Shown: positions 1 through 9,025 of the stretch, piece by piece | How positions within the stretch are numbered: position 1 is the stretch's first letter | How the letters are laid out: each line of letters opens with the position of its first letter | Assembly: GCA_965223545.1 (NCBI GenBank) | Contig: OZ245006.1 | Location: forward strand, 5,440,001 to 5,504,000 | Direction of reading: 5' to 3' | DNA: 64,000 bases | Source: Planctomycetota bacterium | GTDB taxonomy: Bacteria; Planctomycetota; UBA1135; UBA2386 | Translations under genes and position numbers: made by a program | The notes under the pieces: model-generated | The model's database searches: none | What the model was told of the DNA's origin: nothing | The model's input: the letters and a program-made list of their open reading frames with translations, nothing else

Positions 1-2
1 AG

Positions 3-590
3 CTGCTACTGCTCGCCGACCTCGGGGACAGCAGCGACCTGCCGGCGTTTCCGCGGCTCGTGGACTCGGTCGGGCGGCGGGATGCGAGCGTGGTCTCGTG
101 GTTTCTTCAGAAGCGCATGGCCCAGTTCTCGCGGTTGCCGCTCATGATGTTCGCGGTGCGCGGCGCTTCGGGCGCGACGGCGCAGCGCTGGCGGCAAATC
201 GACCGCGAGGCCGCGCAGAGTCCGTTCGGCAAAGCGCGCTGCTTGTTCTCGCCGGAGCTGGACCGCGCGCTCGGTGTCGCCGACCTCGGCGACGCCTTCC
301 GTCAGCCGGTGACCAGCGACGTGCCGGCGCTCTTCGTCAGCGGCACGCTCGACGCCCACACGCCACCGGAACAAGCCGAGGCGGTGCGCGCCGGATTCCC
401 GAACTCGGGTCATCTGATCGTCGAGAACGGTGGACACGAAGACCTGATCCCCGACCCCCAGGTGCAGGCGAGGATCCTCGCGTTCCTCGGTGGTGATGCG
501 CCCAGCGACGACCGCGTCGCGCGACCGCCGCTGCGGTTTGCCCCGCTCGACGGCAGCCGCAGCGAGGTTTCGCACCCCGCTCTGCGTTAG
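3..590 (+). CDS. alpha/beta hydrolase (TAP-like peptidase), 5'-truncated by the window edge
   Basis: Frame is open from position 3. C-terminal LFVSGTLDAHTP...HLIVENGGHEDL carries the catalytic Asp/His. Similar to the C-terminus of 12575..14065 (LGDAFRxPxxSDVP). Confidence 0.8.
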   Translation: MLLLADLGDSSDLPAFPRLVDSVGRRDASVVSWFLQKRMAQFSRLPLMMFAVRGASGATAQRWRQIDREAAQSPFGKARCLFSPELDRALGVADLGDAFRQPVTSDVPALFVSGTLDAHTPPEQAEAVRAGFPNSGHLIVENGGHEDLIPDPQVQARILAFLGGDAPSDDRVARPPLRFAPLDGSRSEVSHPALR

Positions 591-2947
591 TCGCGTCGCA
601 CCGCCACCGTGATGCGCGCGGGTCGCCGGTTTGCCGTGTCGGCGACCGTGATGAAGCCGGTGGAAGGCACTGCGCCGTCGCCGCGCACGGTGTAGCAGTA
701 CCGCCCGGCTCGGATGCTCTGCAGCGCGACGGTTCCATCTTGGATCAGGGCGCGATGGCAACCGGACAAGCCATCCCACTCCGATGCGGGCACGCCGTCC
801 GCGGTGCTGGCGTCGATCAGGAGCAGAACTCCATGCGCGATGGGCGTTCCGTCGTCGTCGTCGATCCGCAGCTCGAGACTGTCGTTGTGGAGCTCGAGCT
901 CCTTCTGCAGCGGTGGACCGCTGCGCACCTCGATGCTCTCGGTGTGCAGGACGCCTCGCGGTGTGCCCACCGTCAGGGTGTACTCGCCCAACGCAAGCGG
1001 TCCGAGGTGGAAGTTGCCGTCTGCGTCGGGGACCGCCCGGACGGGATACGGCGCCCGACGGGGGTCGTGCACCGAGACCTCGATTCCATCGGGCGATGTG
1101 CCGCCGATGCGGACGCGGCCGATGATCGCGCCAGTGGCTGCGTTGTTGGTGGCGTCGCGCGCCCGTCCGATGGCGTCGGTCTCGAGGTCGAAGTCGCGCT
1201 CTTGCTCCGCCGCGAGTGCCAGAAGCACGTTGTCGTCGACCGACGATGCGTAACCGTCGGCGGTGACCACGATCGTGCAGCGCCCGGCATGGGCAGTGCT
1301 GAGCTCGAAGTGGCCGTTGCGATCGGTGTGGGTGCGCGCGATGCGCGCTCCGCGATGATCCAGTGCGTCGTCTTCGATGAACCCGCGGCGGAAGTCGCGC
1401 TGGCCCGGCCGATCGGAGGGACGCGGCTGATACACGTCGAGCCGCGCGTGCGAGATCGGTGTGCCGGAGTGGCGGTTGACGACGCGCCCGCGAAGGACGG
1501 CGCCGCGCTGCAACGCGACGGTGATCGGTCGCGGATGCATGCCGGGTCGGACCTCGACGGGGCCAAATGCGAGCGGGATGTATCCCGGTGCGTTGACGTC
1601 GAGAACGTGCGGTCCCGCGGCCAGTCCCTTTGCGGTGAAGCGTCCGGCCTCGCGGCGACGAGGAGCGGGCAGCGATCGAGGCACCGCGTTGGCATCGATG
1701 GTCGCGGCGCGGCGTGCGTGCAGGCCAAAGCTCTCGATCGGCGCGCCGGTGTGGGCATCGACCACTGTGCCGGTCAGGGGCTGGCGGGCGGTGAGTGCAA
1801 TTCGGAGTCCCGATGGGTGGGGTAGCCGGACCGGGTCGATCGTCGCCGGTGAGTGTTCGGCATGGTTTGCGTCCAGACGCAGAGTGCCGTGCGGCAGTCC
1901 GTCGAAGCGAAAGTTGCCCTCCGCGTCCGTGAGTGCGACGACCGTGCCGAGTGCCGTGCTGCGGTCCGATCGAGTGCCGGGTGCGTGTGAGGGGTCGTGT
2001 GCGCTTGCGGCGCGCGCCAGAGTGTCGTGGTGCGAGGTCGTCACCTCGATCGAGGCCCCCGCCACCGGCTTCCCGTGGTCGTCCACGACCACGCCGGTGA
2101 GGGGCAAGCCCGGGCTCAGGGCGATGCGGCCGCACTCGACGACGGTGCTCGGCGCCATCTTCAGGGCGTCGCTTCGACCCGGGAGATGGCTGGCGGCCAC
2201 GGCGACGATCCGAAAGACGCCGCGGGGAATGCCGGCCAGCGCGAACCGACCGGATGCGTCCGTTGTGGTCTCGAGCGCGTGCCCAGCGGTTCCGTCCATC
2301 GACCCCGCCGGTCCGAGGCTGGTCTCGGCGCGGACGGTTGCACCCGCGAGCGGCGCGCCGCCTCTGCCGACGACGCGACCACTTGCCAGGCCGCCCGCGG
2401 TGACGACCAGGTCGGGGAGGTGGAGGGTGGCAGCCGACCCATTGCGATGGTGGCGCAACAGCGCCAGTCCGTGCTGGGGGTGGCGGGCGGTGACCGTCAG
2501 CAAGTCGCCCTCGGCCAACCGCATCGAACCTGCCCAATCTCCGTCGAGGCCGCTCGTCGCGGTTGCGGCTGCGCCGCGGTGGCGCGCTCCCGCCGACACG
2601 GTGAAGGTCAGGGCCGCGCCCGGCACCGGGTCGCCGGTTTGGTCGACGACCCGCCCGCGCAACGCGACCGCGGTCGGCTCCGGCGCCGGAGCTGCGACGC
2701 CGGTTTCGGCTGGCTCCGCGGTGGCGAGCCACCGGCGGTGGCCCGCCTCGGGGGCGGCGCTACGGCTGGCGTCCTGCGCCGAGGGCGTCGAGCGCATGGC
2801 GTGTCCATCGCCGGCGCGAACCCCGGTGGGCTCGAACGCTGACCCCGCGGGCGCCGTCCGGTCGTCGAGGCGGAGCACCAGCACGGCGGCGAGCGCCAGT
2901 GAAAGCGCGGCGATCGACAACAGCACGGACCGCGGGTGGGTGATCAT
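587..2947 (-). CDS. membrane-anchored carboxypeptidase-regulatory-like (beta-sandwich) repeat protein
   Basis: N-terminal hydrophobic anchor followed by repeated GRVVD..GxPVxGA...TDAxGxF modules. Confidence 0.75.
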   Translation of the reverse strand: MITHPRSVLLSIAALSLALAAVLVLRLDDRTAPAGSAFEPTGVRAGDGHAMRSTPSAQDASRSAAPEAGHRRWLATAEPAETGVAAPAPEPTAVALRGRVVDQTGDPVPGAALTFTVSAGARHRGAAATATSGLDGDWAGSMRLAEGDLLTVTARHPQHGLALLRHHRNGSAATLHLPDLVVTAGGLASGRVVGRGGAPLAGATVRAETSLGPAGSMDGTAGHALETTTDASGRFALAGIPRGVFRIVAVAASHLPGRSDALKMAPSTVVECGRIALSPGLPLTGVVVDDHGKPVAGASIEVTTSHHDTLARAASAHDPSHAPGTRSDRSTALGTVVALTDAEGNFRFDGLPHGTLRLDANHAEHSPATIDPVRLPHPSGLRIALTARQPLTGTVVDAHTGAPIESFGLHARRAATIDANAVPRSLPAPRRREAGRFTAKGLAAGPHVLDVNAPGYIPLAFGPVEVRPGMHPRPITVALQRGAVLRGRVVNRHSGTPISHARLDVYQPRPSDRPGQRDFRRGFIEDDALDHRGARIARTHTDRNGHFELSTAHAGRCTIVVTADGYASSVDDNVLLALAAEQERDFDLETDAIGRARDATNNAATGAIIGRVRIGGTSPDGIEVSVHDPRRAPYPVRAVPDADGNFHLGPLALGEYTLTVGTPRGVLHTESIEVRSGPPLQKELELHNDSLELRIDDDDGTPIAHGVLLLIDASTADGVPASEWDGLSGCHRALIQDGTVALQSIRAGRYCYTVRGDGAVPSTGFITVADTANRRPARITVAVRRD

Positions 2948-2995
2948 CGATGGTGTCCAGGAAGAGGGGGTGGGAGCGCAAGGAGGCCGAGCCGA

Positions 2996-5155
2996 CTACG
3001 GCACGTTGATGACTTGCTCGCAGGCCATCGCCCGGTCGCGGCCAGCGCCTCCGTCGGCGGTGTCTTGGCCGCGGCCGCCGTGCATGGAGTCGTTGCCATC
3101 GCCACCGCTCAGGTTGTCGTCGCCGGTGCCGGCGCGCAGCGAATCGTTGCCACCTCCGCCGTCCAGCAGATCGTCGCCCGCGCCGCCGAGGACCAGGTCG
3201 TTGTCCTCGCCACCGAGCAGGATGTCGTTGCCATCGCCGCCGACCAGGATGTCGTCACCGTCGCCACCTCTGCAGACGTCGATGCCTTCGGCACCGACCA
3301 GCAGGTCGTCGCCATCGCCGCCGTCCAGATCCAGATCGATCAGGCCGAGGAGCCCGGTCGATGCCCAGATCCAGTCGTTGCCGCCACGTCCGTTGACGTC
3401 CAGGTCTTCGATCGTGCCGAGGTCGAGAGTGAAGGGGGTCACGTTGCTGCGCTGCACGCGGACCCGTGCGCCGTTGGGCGCCACGTTGATGGAATCGCCT
3501 TCCTGATCGGAACCGTTGACCTGGGCGGTGTCGTTGTCGGCGCCGCCCTCCATCAGGTCGTCACCGTCGCCGTCGTTCCACACCATGAGGTCGTCGCCGG
3601 CCTCGCCCAGCACGATGTCGTTGGCACCGCCGCCGATCAGGGTGTCGTTGCCGGCACCGCCGCGCAGCACGTCGATGCCGTCGCCGCCGATGAGCAGGTC
3701 GTTGTCCTCGCCGCCGTCGAGGTCGAGGGCGATCAGCGCCGCGAGGCCGACCGAGCCGATCATGACGTCGCCGCCGCCCTGGCCATTGACGTCGAGGTTC
3801 TCGACCGTGCCGATGTCGAGGGTGAACAGACTCAGGTTGTTACGCCGCAACCGCACGCGCGCGCCGTTGGGATCGATTCTGAAGTCGTCGCCGGCGGAGT
3901 CGCTGCCGTTGACCTGCACAGTGTCGATCTCCGCGCCGCCCTCCATGAAGTCGCTGCCGTCGCCGTCGTTCCAGACCAACAGATCGTGGCCGGTCTCGCC
4001 GAGCACGATGTCGTCGCCGCGGTTGCCGATCAGGGTGTCGTTGTCCGCGCCGCCCCGCAGCACGTCGACGCCGTCGCCGCCGATGAGCAGGTCGCTGCCG
4101 TCGCCGCCGTCGAGATCGAGATCGACCAACGCGGCGAGGCCCGCGCTGCCGGCGATGACGTCGTTGCCGCCCTGGCCGTTGACGTCGAGGTTCTCGACCG
4201 TGCCGATGTCGAGGGTGAACAGGCTCAAGTTGTTGCGGCGGAATCGCACGCGCGCGCCGTTGGGGTCGATTCTGAAGTCGTCGCCGGCGGAGTCGCTGCC
4301 GTTGACTTGCTGCGTGTCCTGATCGCTGCCGCCTTCGACGAAGTCGTTGCCGTCGCCGTTGTTCCAGACAATGAGATCGTGGCCGGCCTCGCCGAGCACG
4401 ACATCGTCACCGCGGTTGCCGATCAGCGTGTCGTTGTCGGCTCCGCCGCGGAGCACATCGACGCCGTCGCCACCGATGAGCAGGTCGTTGCCGTCGTCGC
4501 CGTCCAGATCGAGGTCGATCAAGCCGGCGAGGCCGATCGATCCAACGATGACATCGCTGCCGCCGCGGCCGTTGACGTCGAGGTCCTCGACCGTGCCGAT
4601 GTCGAGGGTGAACAGGCTCAAGTTGTTGCGGCGGAACCGGACGCGCGCGCCGTTGGGATCGATGCTGAAGTCGTCGCCGGCGGAGTTGCTGCCGTTGACT
4701 TGCACTGTATCTTGGTCTGCTCCACCCTCGATCGTGTCGCTGCCGTCGCCGTCATTCCAGACGATCAGGTCGTGCCCGGCTCCTCCGCGCAACATGTCGT
4801 CGCCGCGGCCGCCGATCAGGGTGTCGTTGTCGTCACCGCCATCGAGAACGCCGCGTGGCAGATCGCCGGAGCTCGTGTCGAAGTGCAGGACGTCGTTGCC
4901 GGCTTCGCCGAACAGCTCGATGGTGTCGGTGTTGGCGACGGTCGGGATGCCGCCTGTGGGAATCACCGTCCCGTTGTTGATCTCGATGGCGCCGGTCGCG
5001 GTCCGACGGACGACGATCGCGTTCCCACTGGCGTCCCCGCGCGCGACCAGCTTGCGCGCAACGGGGTCGAACGTGGCCGTGATCTGAGCATGCGCCGCGG
5101 CGCCGGAGAGGAGCACTGCCGCCAGCGTGCTGGCGATTCTCGAGTCGATGGTCAT
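2996..5155 (-). CDS. secreted Ca-binding RTX (hemolysin-type) repeat protein
   Basis: Start reassigned to ATG at 5155 (MTIDSRIASTLAAVLLSGAAAHA|Q signal peptide). Many GGxGxDxL nonapeptides. Confidence 0.88.
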   Translation of the reverse strand: MTIDSRIASTLAAVLLSGAAAHAQITATFDPVARKLVARGDASGNAIVVRRTATGAIEINNGTVIPTGGIPTVANTDTIELFGEAGNDVLHFDTSSGDLPRGVLDGGDDNDTLIGGRGDDMLRGGAGHDLIVWNDGDGSDTIEGGADQDTVQVNGSNSAGDDFSIDPNGARVRFRRNNLSLFTLDIGTVEDLDVNGRGGSDVIVGSIGLAGLIDLDLDGDDGNDLLIGGDGVDVLRGGADNDTLIGNRGDDVVLGEAGHDLIVWNNGDGNDFVEGGSDQDTQQVNGSDSAGDDFRIDPNGARVRFRRNNLSLFTLDIGTVENLDVNGQGGNDVIAGSAGLAALVDLDLDGGDGSDLLIGGDGVDVLRGGADNDTLIGNRGDDIVLGETGHDLLVWNDGDGSDFMEGGAEIDTVQVNGSDSAGDDFRIDPNGARVRLRRNNLSLFTLDIGTVENLDVNGQGGGDVMIGSVGLAALIALDLDGGEDNDLLIGGDGIDVLRGGAGNDTLIGGGANDIVLGEAGDDLMVWNDGDGDDLMEGGADNDTAQVNGSDQEGDSINVAPNGARVRVQRSNVTPFTLDLGTIEDLDVNGRGGNDWIWASTGLLGLIDLDLDGGDGDDLLVGAEGIDVCRGGDGDDILVGGDGNDILLGGEDNDLVLGGAGDDLLDGGGGNDSLRAGTGDDNLSGGDGNDSMHGGRGQDTADGGAGRDRAMACEQVINVP
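3300..4850 (-). repeat. about four tandem 393-bp (131-aa) intragenic repeats in the RTX gene
   Basis: The motif gatcag(g/c)gtgtcgttg recurs at 3635, 4028, 4421 and 4814, exactly 393 bp apart. Outer boundaries are approximate. Confidence 0.9.
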
Positions 5156-5278
5156 GGTTTTGGTCTTCGCCGGATGTGGGTGACTCCAGTCGCGCAGAAC
5201 GAGGGTGTTGCCGGCCAAGTCGACGGAGAAAACTGCCGTGGTCAGGCTCTGTCGGGAGGTGGGTAGAATGGCGGGCGG

Positions 5279-7963
5279 ATGCTGGTGCGGACCGTCGTCG
5301 CCGTTGCCGTTCTCGGGCTTGCCGGCGCAGCCCTGTGGCTGGTCTACGGTGGGCCGGCGAATCGGCCGATCCTGCCCCCGGCCGAGGCCGGGCGAGTGCC
5401 GCGGCCCGCAAGCGCGGCCGACGTCCGGCTGAACGAAGCCGCAGCGCGAGTCGACCCGACGCCCCCGGCGGCTGCCGCCAGCGGCCAGCTGCTCGCGGTC
5501 AGCATCACCTGTGTAGACGCCGAGACGCGGCTGCCATTGCCGCGCGCCAGGGTGTTTCTCGGGCGCTTGGAAGAAGCAGGGGCGGACGGTGGTGAGCTGG
5601 TCGGGGAGTGGGCCCCCGCCTTGACGCGTCGGGATCCGGCGGGAGTCTCGGGTGCGGACGGACGCCTGCGCGTTCTGTTGCCCGCGGGTCGCGTGCGCGC
5701 GGTGGCGACGGCCCCCGATCGGATCGGCTTGTTGGTCATCGATGCGCGCGTGAGGCGAGACTATGTCTTGCCGCTCGGTGTCGATCGTTCGGTCTCGGCA
5801 CGCGTTGTCGATGAGCGAGGCGTGCCCTGCCCCGGCGTGCCGGTTGCGCTGTGCGTCGACCGCAGCAGTGCGCTCGATCTCGCTGCCGTGGTCACCACCG
5901 ATGAGAGTGGTGTCGCCCACTTTGCGCACGTGCACTTGCACCGGCAGCGCCGGCTGCCCCCACAGCAGCGCCAGTCGGATGCGCTGGCCGCGTTGCGACG
6001 GCAGATCGCGCGCGCCGATGATGCGCCGGCGCGCCGCGCCGAACTCCTGCGCGCGCGGGACGCGCTGGCGGCGCGTGCCCTGCCGGCCGCGGGGGGCGGG
6101 CCGCGCCCATGGGCGGACTTCGTCCTGGCCATCGCTCTGCCGCTGCGCCGCCCCGTGCTCTCGCGGTGCAACTTGGCCGCGCTGCCCGAGGCTCCGATCC
6201 CCCTGCGACTTCCCGCGGTGCACGGGATCGAGGTGGCGGTGCGCGCCGCCGACGGAGCCCCGCTGCGCGCTCCCTGTTCGGTGCAGCTGACGTCGGCAGA
6301 TCCGGCGTTGCCACCGGGGCTCCTCGCGGATCAGGCCGAAGCGCTGGCCGCCCACTGTGGGCTCCGCGCAGACAAGCCGGCGGGCGTGGAGCGCGTGCGG
6401 TTTGCTCGGGTGGGTGCCGATCTCCCCGTCCGCGTCGAGGTGCGGCTCGCCCAGCGGGGCGCGGCGTTTGCGGCAGTGGTGCAGACGGGCCCGACCGAAG
6501 GCGAGGTCGTCGTCCGGGCGCCGGCGCGTTTGGCGTGGCTCGGTGGCCGGTTGTGCGATGCCCAGGGCACGCCGGTCGCCCGCCTGCCGTGCACCGCTGC
6601 GGTCATCGGTGCCGGCGGTGATGTCGAGGTGGTTTCGCTGGAGCTCGATGCCGACGGTGCGTTCGAGTTCGCGTTGCCGGGGTCCCTCGACCGGCCAGCG
6701 CGCCTGGAGATCCGCGATGACCGCGGCCATCGCGGGGTCGAGCGAGACCTGCCGCCACTGCGCGCCGGCCGGCGGCTCGCTCTCGGTGATCTCCTCCTGG
6801 CCGATCTCCCGGTGCTGGCCAGTGGCGTGGTGCGCGATGATCGCCATCTGCCCGTCGCCGACGCCGCCGTGCTGGTCGAGCACACGGCCTCGATCGGTGC
6901 CGGCGCCCGTTGGCGGCCGTTGCCGATGGGCGCGGTGCGCGCGGATGGAGAGGGGCGCTACACGGTCCGTTGCCGAGCCGGGTCCGGCCACCTACGTGCC
7001 GCGGCGCGCGCCACCGGGCACGCGAGCCCGGGACCGATCGCCGTGCGTGTCGGCGGCACGCACGACCTGCGGCTCGACCGCCATGGAGGAGTCGCGGTGT
7101 CCGGTCTCGTGCCGGAGTGGTTGCGCGGTCCGCGGCTGCACGCCGAGCTCTCGCACCCGGGAGGGCGTGCGCGGCGCGTGAGCATCTCGGCCGACGCCGA
7201 GTTCGCGTTCGAGGAGCGTTGGTCGGGCGTGCCACCGGGGACGGTCGACCTCTCGTTCTGGCACGATGCCATGCCCTTCCCGCTGGTGACCATCAGCGGC
7301 ATCGAGGTGGCTCCCGGCGGCCTGGCCGCCGATCCGCGTCTGCGCGCGGTCGATCTGCGCGACGACATCGGTCGTGTCCGGCTGCGCGCGGTCGATGCCG
7401 GTGGAACACCCGTGACCCTGAGCACGGTGCTCGCGGTGGTGCTCGGGCCGACCGGCGCACGCGCCACCGCGGCGGTTGCTACTTCCGGCGATCGCTGCGA
7501 GCTCGTGTTGCCAAGCGGGCCAACCGAGCTGCACGTGATCGCGGCCGGGTTCGCGCCGCACCGAGCGGTGCTTGGGCCCGGCGACCACACCGTGACGATG
7601 GATGCGCTGGCGCCGACCCGCGTGCGCGTGCACGGCCTCGAGGCGCTGGGCGTGCCGGGCTACCCACCCCTGGTGACGATGCGTTTGCGGGATGTGCCCG
7701 CCCTGCTCACCGACGTGCGCGAAGTCGGCGCGCGTTCTCGACCCACTTCGGTGGCGATCGATGCTCTGCGAGTGAAGGTCGTCGGTCGCGTCGGTGATGG
7801 TGGCGTCGCCGAGCTGCCACTGGTGTGGCCGGGACACTACGGGATCCACGTGCGGTGGCGTCTCGCCGGCGGGCGGTGGGCGGGCGTCGATCTCGGGAGC
7901 GCGACCGTGCGGCCCGCCGCGGCGCCGGGTGGTTTGATCGAGCGCAGCCTAGAAGGCCGTTGA
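5279..7963 (+). CDS. membrane-anchored carboxypeptidase-regulatory-like domain protein
   Basis: N-terminal TM helix, then repeated (G/A)RVVDxxGxP-type modules. Divergent from the RTX gene. Confidence 0.65.
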   Translation: MLVRTVVAVAVLGLAGAALWLVYGGPANRPILPPAEAGRVPRPASAADVRLNEAAARVDPTPPAAAASGQLLAVSITCVDAETRLPLPRARVFLGRLEEAGADGGELVGEWAPALTRRDPAGVSGADGRLRVLLPAGRVRAVATAPDRIGLLVIDARVRRDYVLPLGVDRSVSARVVDERGVPCPGVPVALCVDRSSALDLAAVVTTDESGVAHFAHVHLHRQRRLPPQQRQSDALAALRRQIARADDAPARRAELLRARDALAARALPAAGGGPRPWADFVLAIALPLRRPVLSRCNLAALPEAPIPLRLPAVHGIEVAVRAADGAPLRAPCSVQLTSADPALPPGLLADQAEALAAHCGLRADKPAGVERVRFARVGADLPVRVEVRLAQRGAAFAAVVQTGPTEGEVVVRAPARLAWLGGRLCDAQGTPVARLPCTAAVIGAGGDVEVVSLELDADGAFEFALPGSLDRPARLEIRDDRGHRGVERDLPPLRAGRRLALGDLLLADLPVLASGVVRDDRHLPVADAAVLVEHTASIGAGARWRPLPMGAVRADGEGRYTVRCRAGSGHLRAAARATGHASPGPIAVRVGGTHDLRLDRHGGVAVSGLVPEWLRGPRLHAELSHPGGRARRVSISADAEFAFEERWSGVPPGTVDLSFWHDAMPFPLVTISGIEVAPGGLAADPRLRAVDLRDDIGRVRLRAVDAGGTPVTLSTVLAVVLGPTGARATAAVATSGDRCELVLPSGPTELHVIAAGFAPHRAVLGPGDHTVTMDALAPTRVRVHGLEALGVPGYPPLVTMRLRDVPALLTDVREVGARSRPTSVAIDALRVKVVGRVGDGGVAELPLVWPGHYGIHVRWRLAGGRWAGVDLGSATVRPAAAPGGLIERSLEGR

Positions 7964-7972
7964 GACAGTGGA

Positions 7973-8003
7973 TTCGGCGAGGCGTTCGCGTGCCGCCGCC
8001 GAA
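7973..8003. terminator. possible hairpin between convergent genes
   Basis: TTCGGCG...CGCCGAA arms with an inner GGCG/TGCC stem. No U-tract. Confidence 0.3.
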
Positions 8004-8007
8004 GGGG

Positions 8008-8493
8008 TCAGCCGCTCCGCTTGCCGGTCAGATCCAAAGTGAGGGCGACGTCACAGGTGGCGCTGCGCCGTGCGGCCGCAGTCCGGCGGAAGCCGGCGGC
8101 TTCGTAGAGCGAGAGCGCGGCTCGCAGCCGGCTGTGGGTCTCGACGTGGATCCGCGCGCAACCCGTCTGCGACGCGAACGCGATCGCGCGCTGCAACAGC
8201 GCGCGGCCGCGGCCCGCGCCGCGAGCCCGGCGCGCGAGGTACAGCTTGCGCAGCTCGAGAGCGCGGTCTTCGAGCGTCACCATGCCGAGCACTCCGGCGA
8301 TGGCGCCGTCCCCACCGGACAACACTTCGAGTCGCCCGCCCGGAGAGAAGTAGTGGCATGCCTCGTCGTGGAGGTCGGCGTCGGCCCCGGTCGGCTCGTA
8401 GGAGAAGCCGAACTCCTCGAGCACGGTGCGCACCAGGGTGCGAATCGCCGGCAGGTCGGCGGCCGTCGCCGCGCGCACGGCGGGCGATTTCAT
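8008..8493 (-). CDS. GNAT family N-acetyltransferase
   Basis: ELRKLYL..RARGAGRGRALL acetyl-CoA motif and ALSLYEAAGF. ATG at 8493 overlaps the MarR stop. Confidence 0.88.
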   Translation of the reverse strand: MKSPAVRAATAADLPAIRTLVRTVLEEFGFSYEPTGADADLHDEACHYFSPGGRLEVLSGGDGAIAGVLGMVTLEDRALELRKLYLARRARGAGRGRALLQRAIAFASQTGCARIHVETHSRLRAALSLYEAAGFRRTAAARRSATCDVALTLDLTGKRSG

Positions 8494-8963
8494 GCGCGGT
8501 CGGTGGCCGCAGCGTCGGCGGCTTCGCGCGCTTGGAACTGCTCCCAGAGCAGCTCGATGGCGTGCACGACTCCGCGCCGCGCACCGGGATCGATGTGGTC
8601 GAGGATGCCGCGGAACTCGGCGGTCAGCGTGGCTTGAATCTCGCGGACGAGGCGTTCGCCGGAGCGGGTCGCGGTGACGAACCAGACGCGCCGGTCTTCG
8701 GTGCCTCGCTCGCGACTCGCGTGACCGGCGGTCACCAAGCGATCGACGACCCGCGTCACGCTGCTCTGGTCGAGATGGAGGCTTCGGGCCAACGCGGTCA
8801 TCGTCAGCGGCCCATCTTCGACCAGCAGCTCGAGCGGATACCAATCCGCCGCGGAGATGCCGAACGAGCCCGCCCGACTGCGGTCGCGATACTGGTAGCC
8901 GCGCACCAGCCGCGAGAACGCTGCGTAGAACTTGTCGGCCTGGGAGCGAGTCGTGCGCGGCAT
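8490..8963 (-). CDS. MarR family transcriptional regulator
   Basis: LTMTALARSLHLDQSSVTRVVDRLV...EDRRVWFVTATRSG winged HTH. Alternative start at 8972. Confidence 0.9.
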   Translation of the reverse strand: MPRTTRSQADKFYAAFSRLVRGYQYRDRSRAGSFGISAADWYPLELLVEDGPLTMTALARSLHLDQSSVTRVVDRLVTAGHASRERGTEDRRVWFVTATRSGERLVREIQATLTAEFRGILDHIDPGARRGVVHAIELLWEQFQAREAADAAATDRA

Positions 8964-9025
8964 CGACGACATGCTCGACGGCCGCGCGGTGGACGGCAAG
9001 ACCGTGCGTGACGGGCCGCACGAGC

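Noticed and set aside
3300..4850. CRISPR-like or non-coding repeat array
   Set aside because: The repeats are 393-bp in-frame coding modules without unique spacers.
5156..6991. 1331-aa version of the RTX ORF
   Set aside because: The extension is antisense to the 5279..7963 gene, and a signal peptide starts at 5155.
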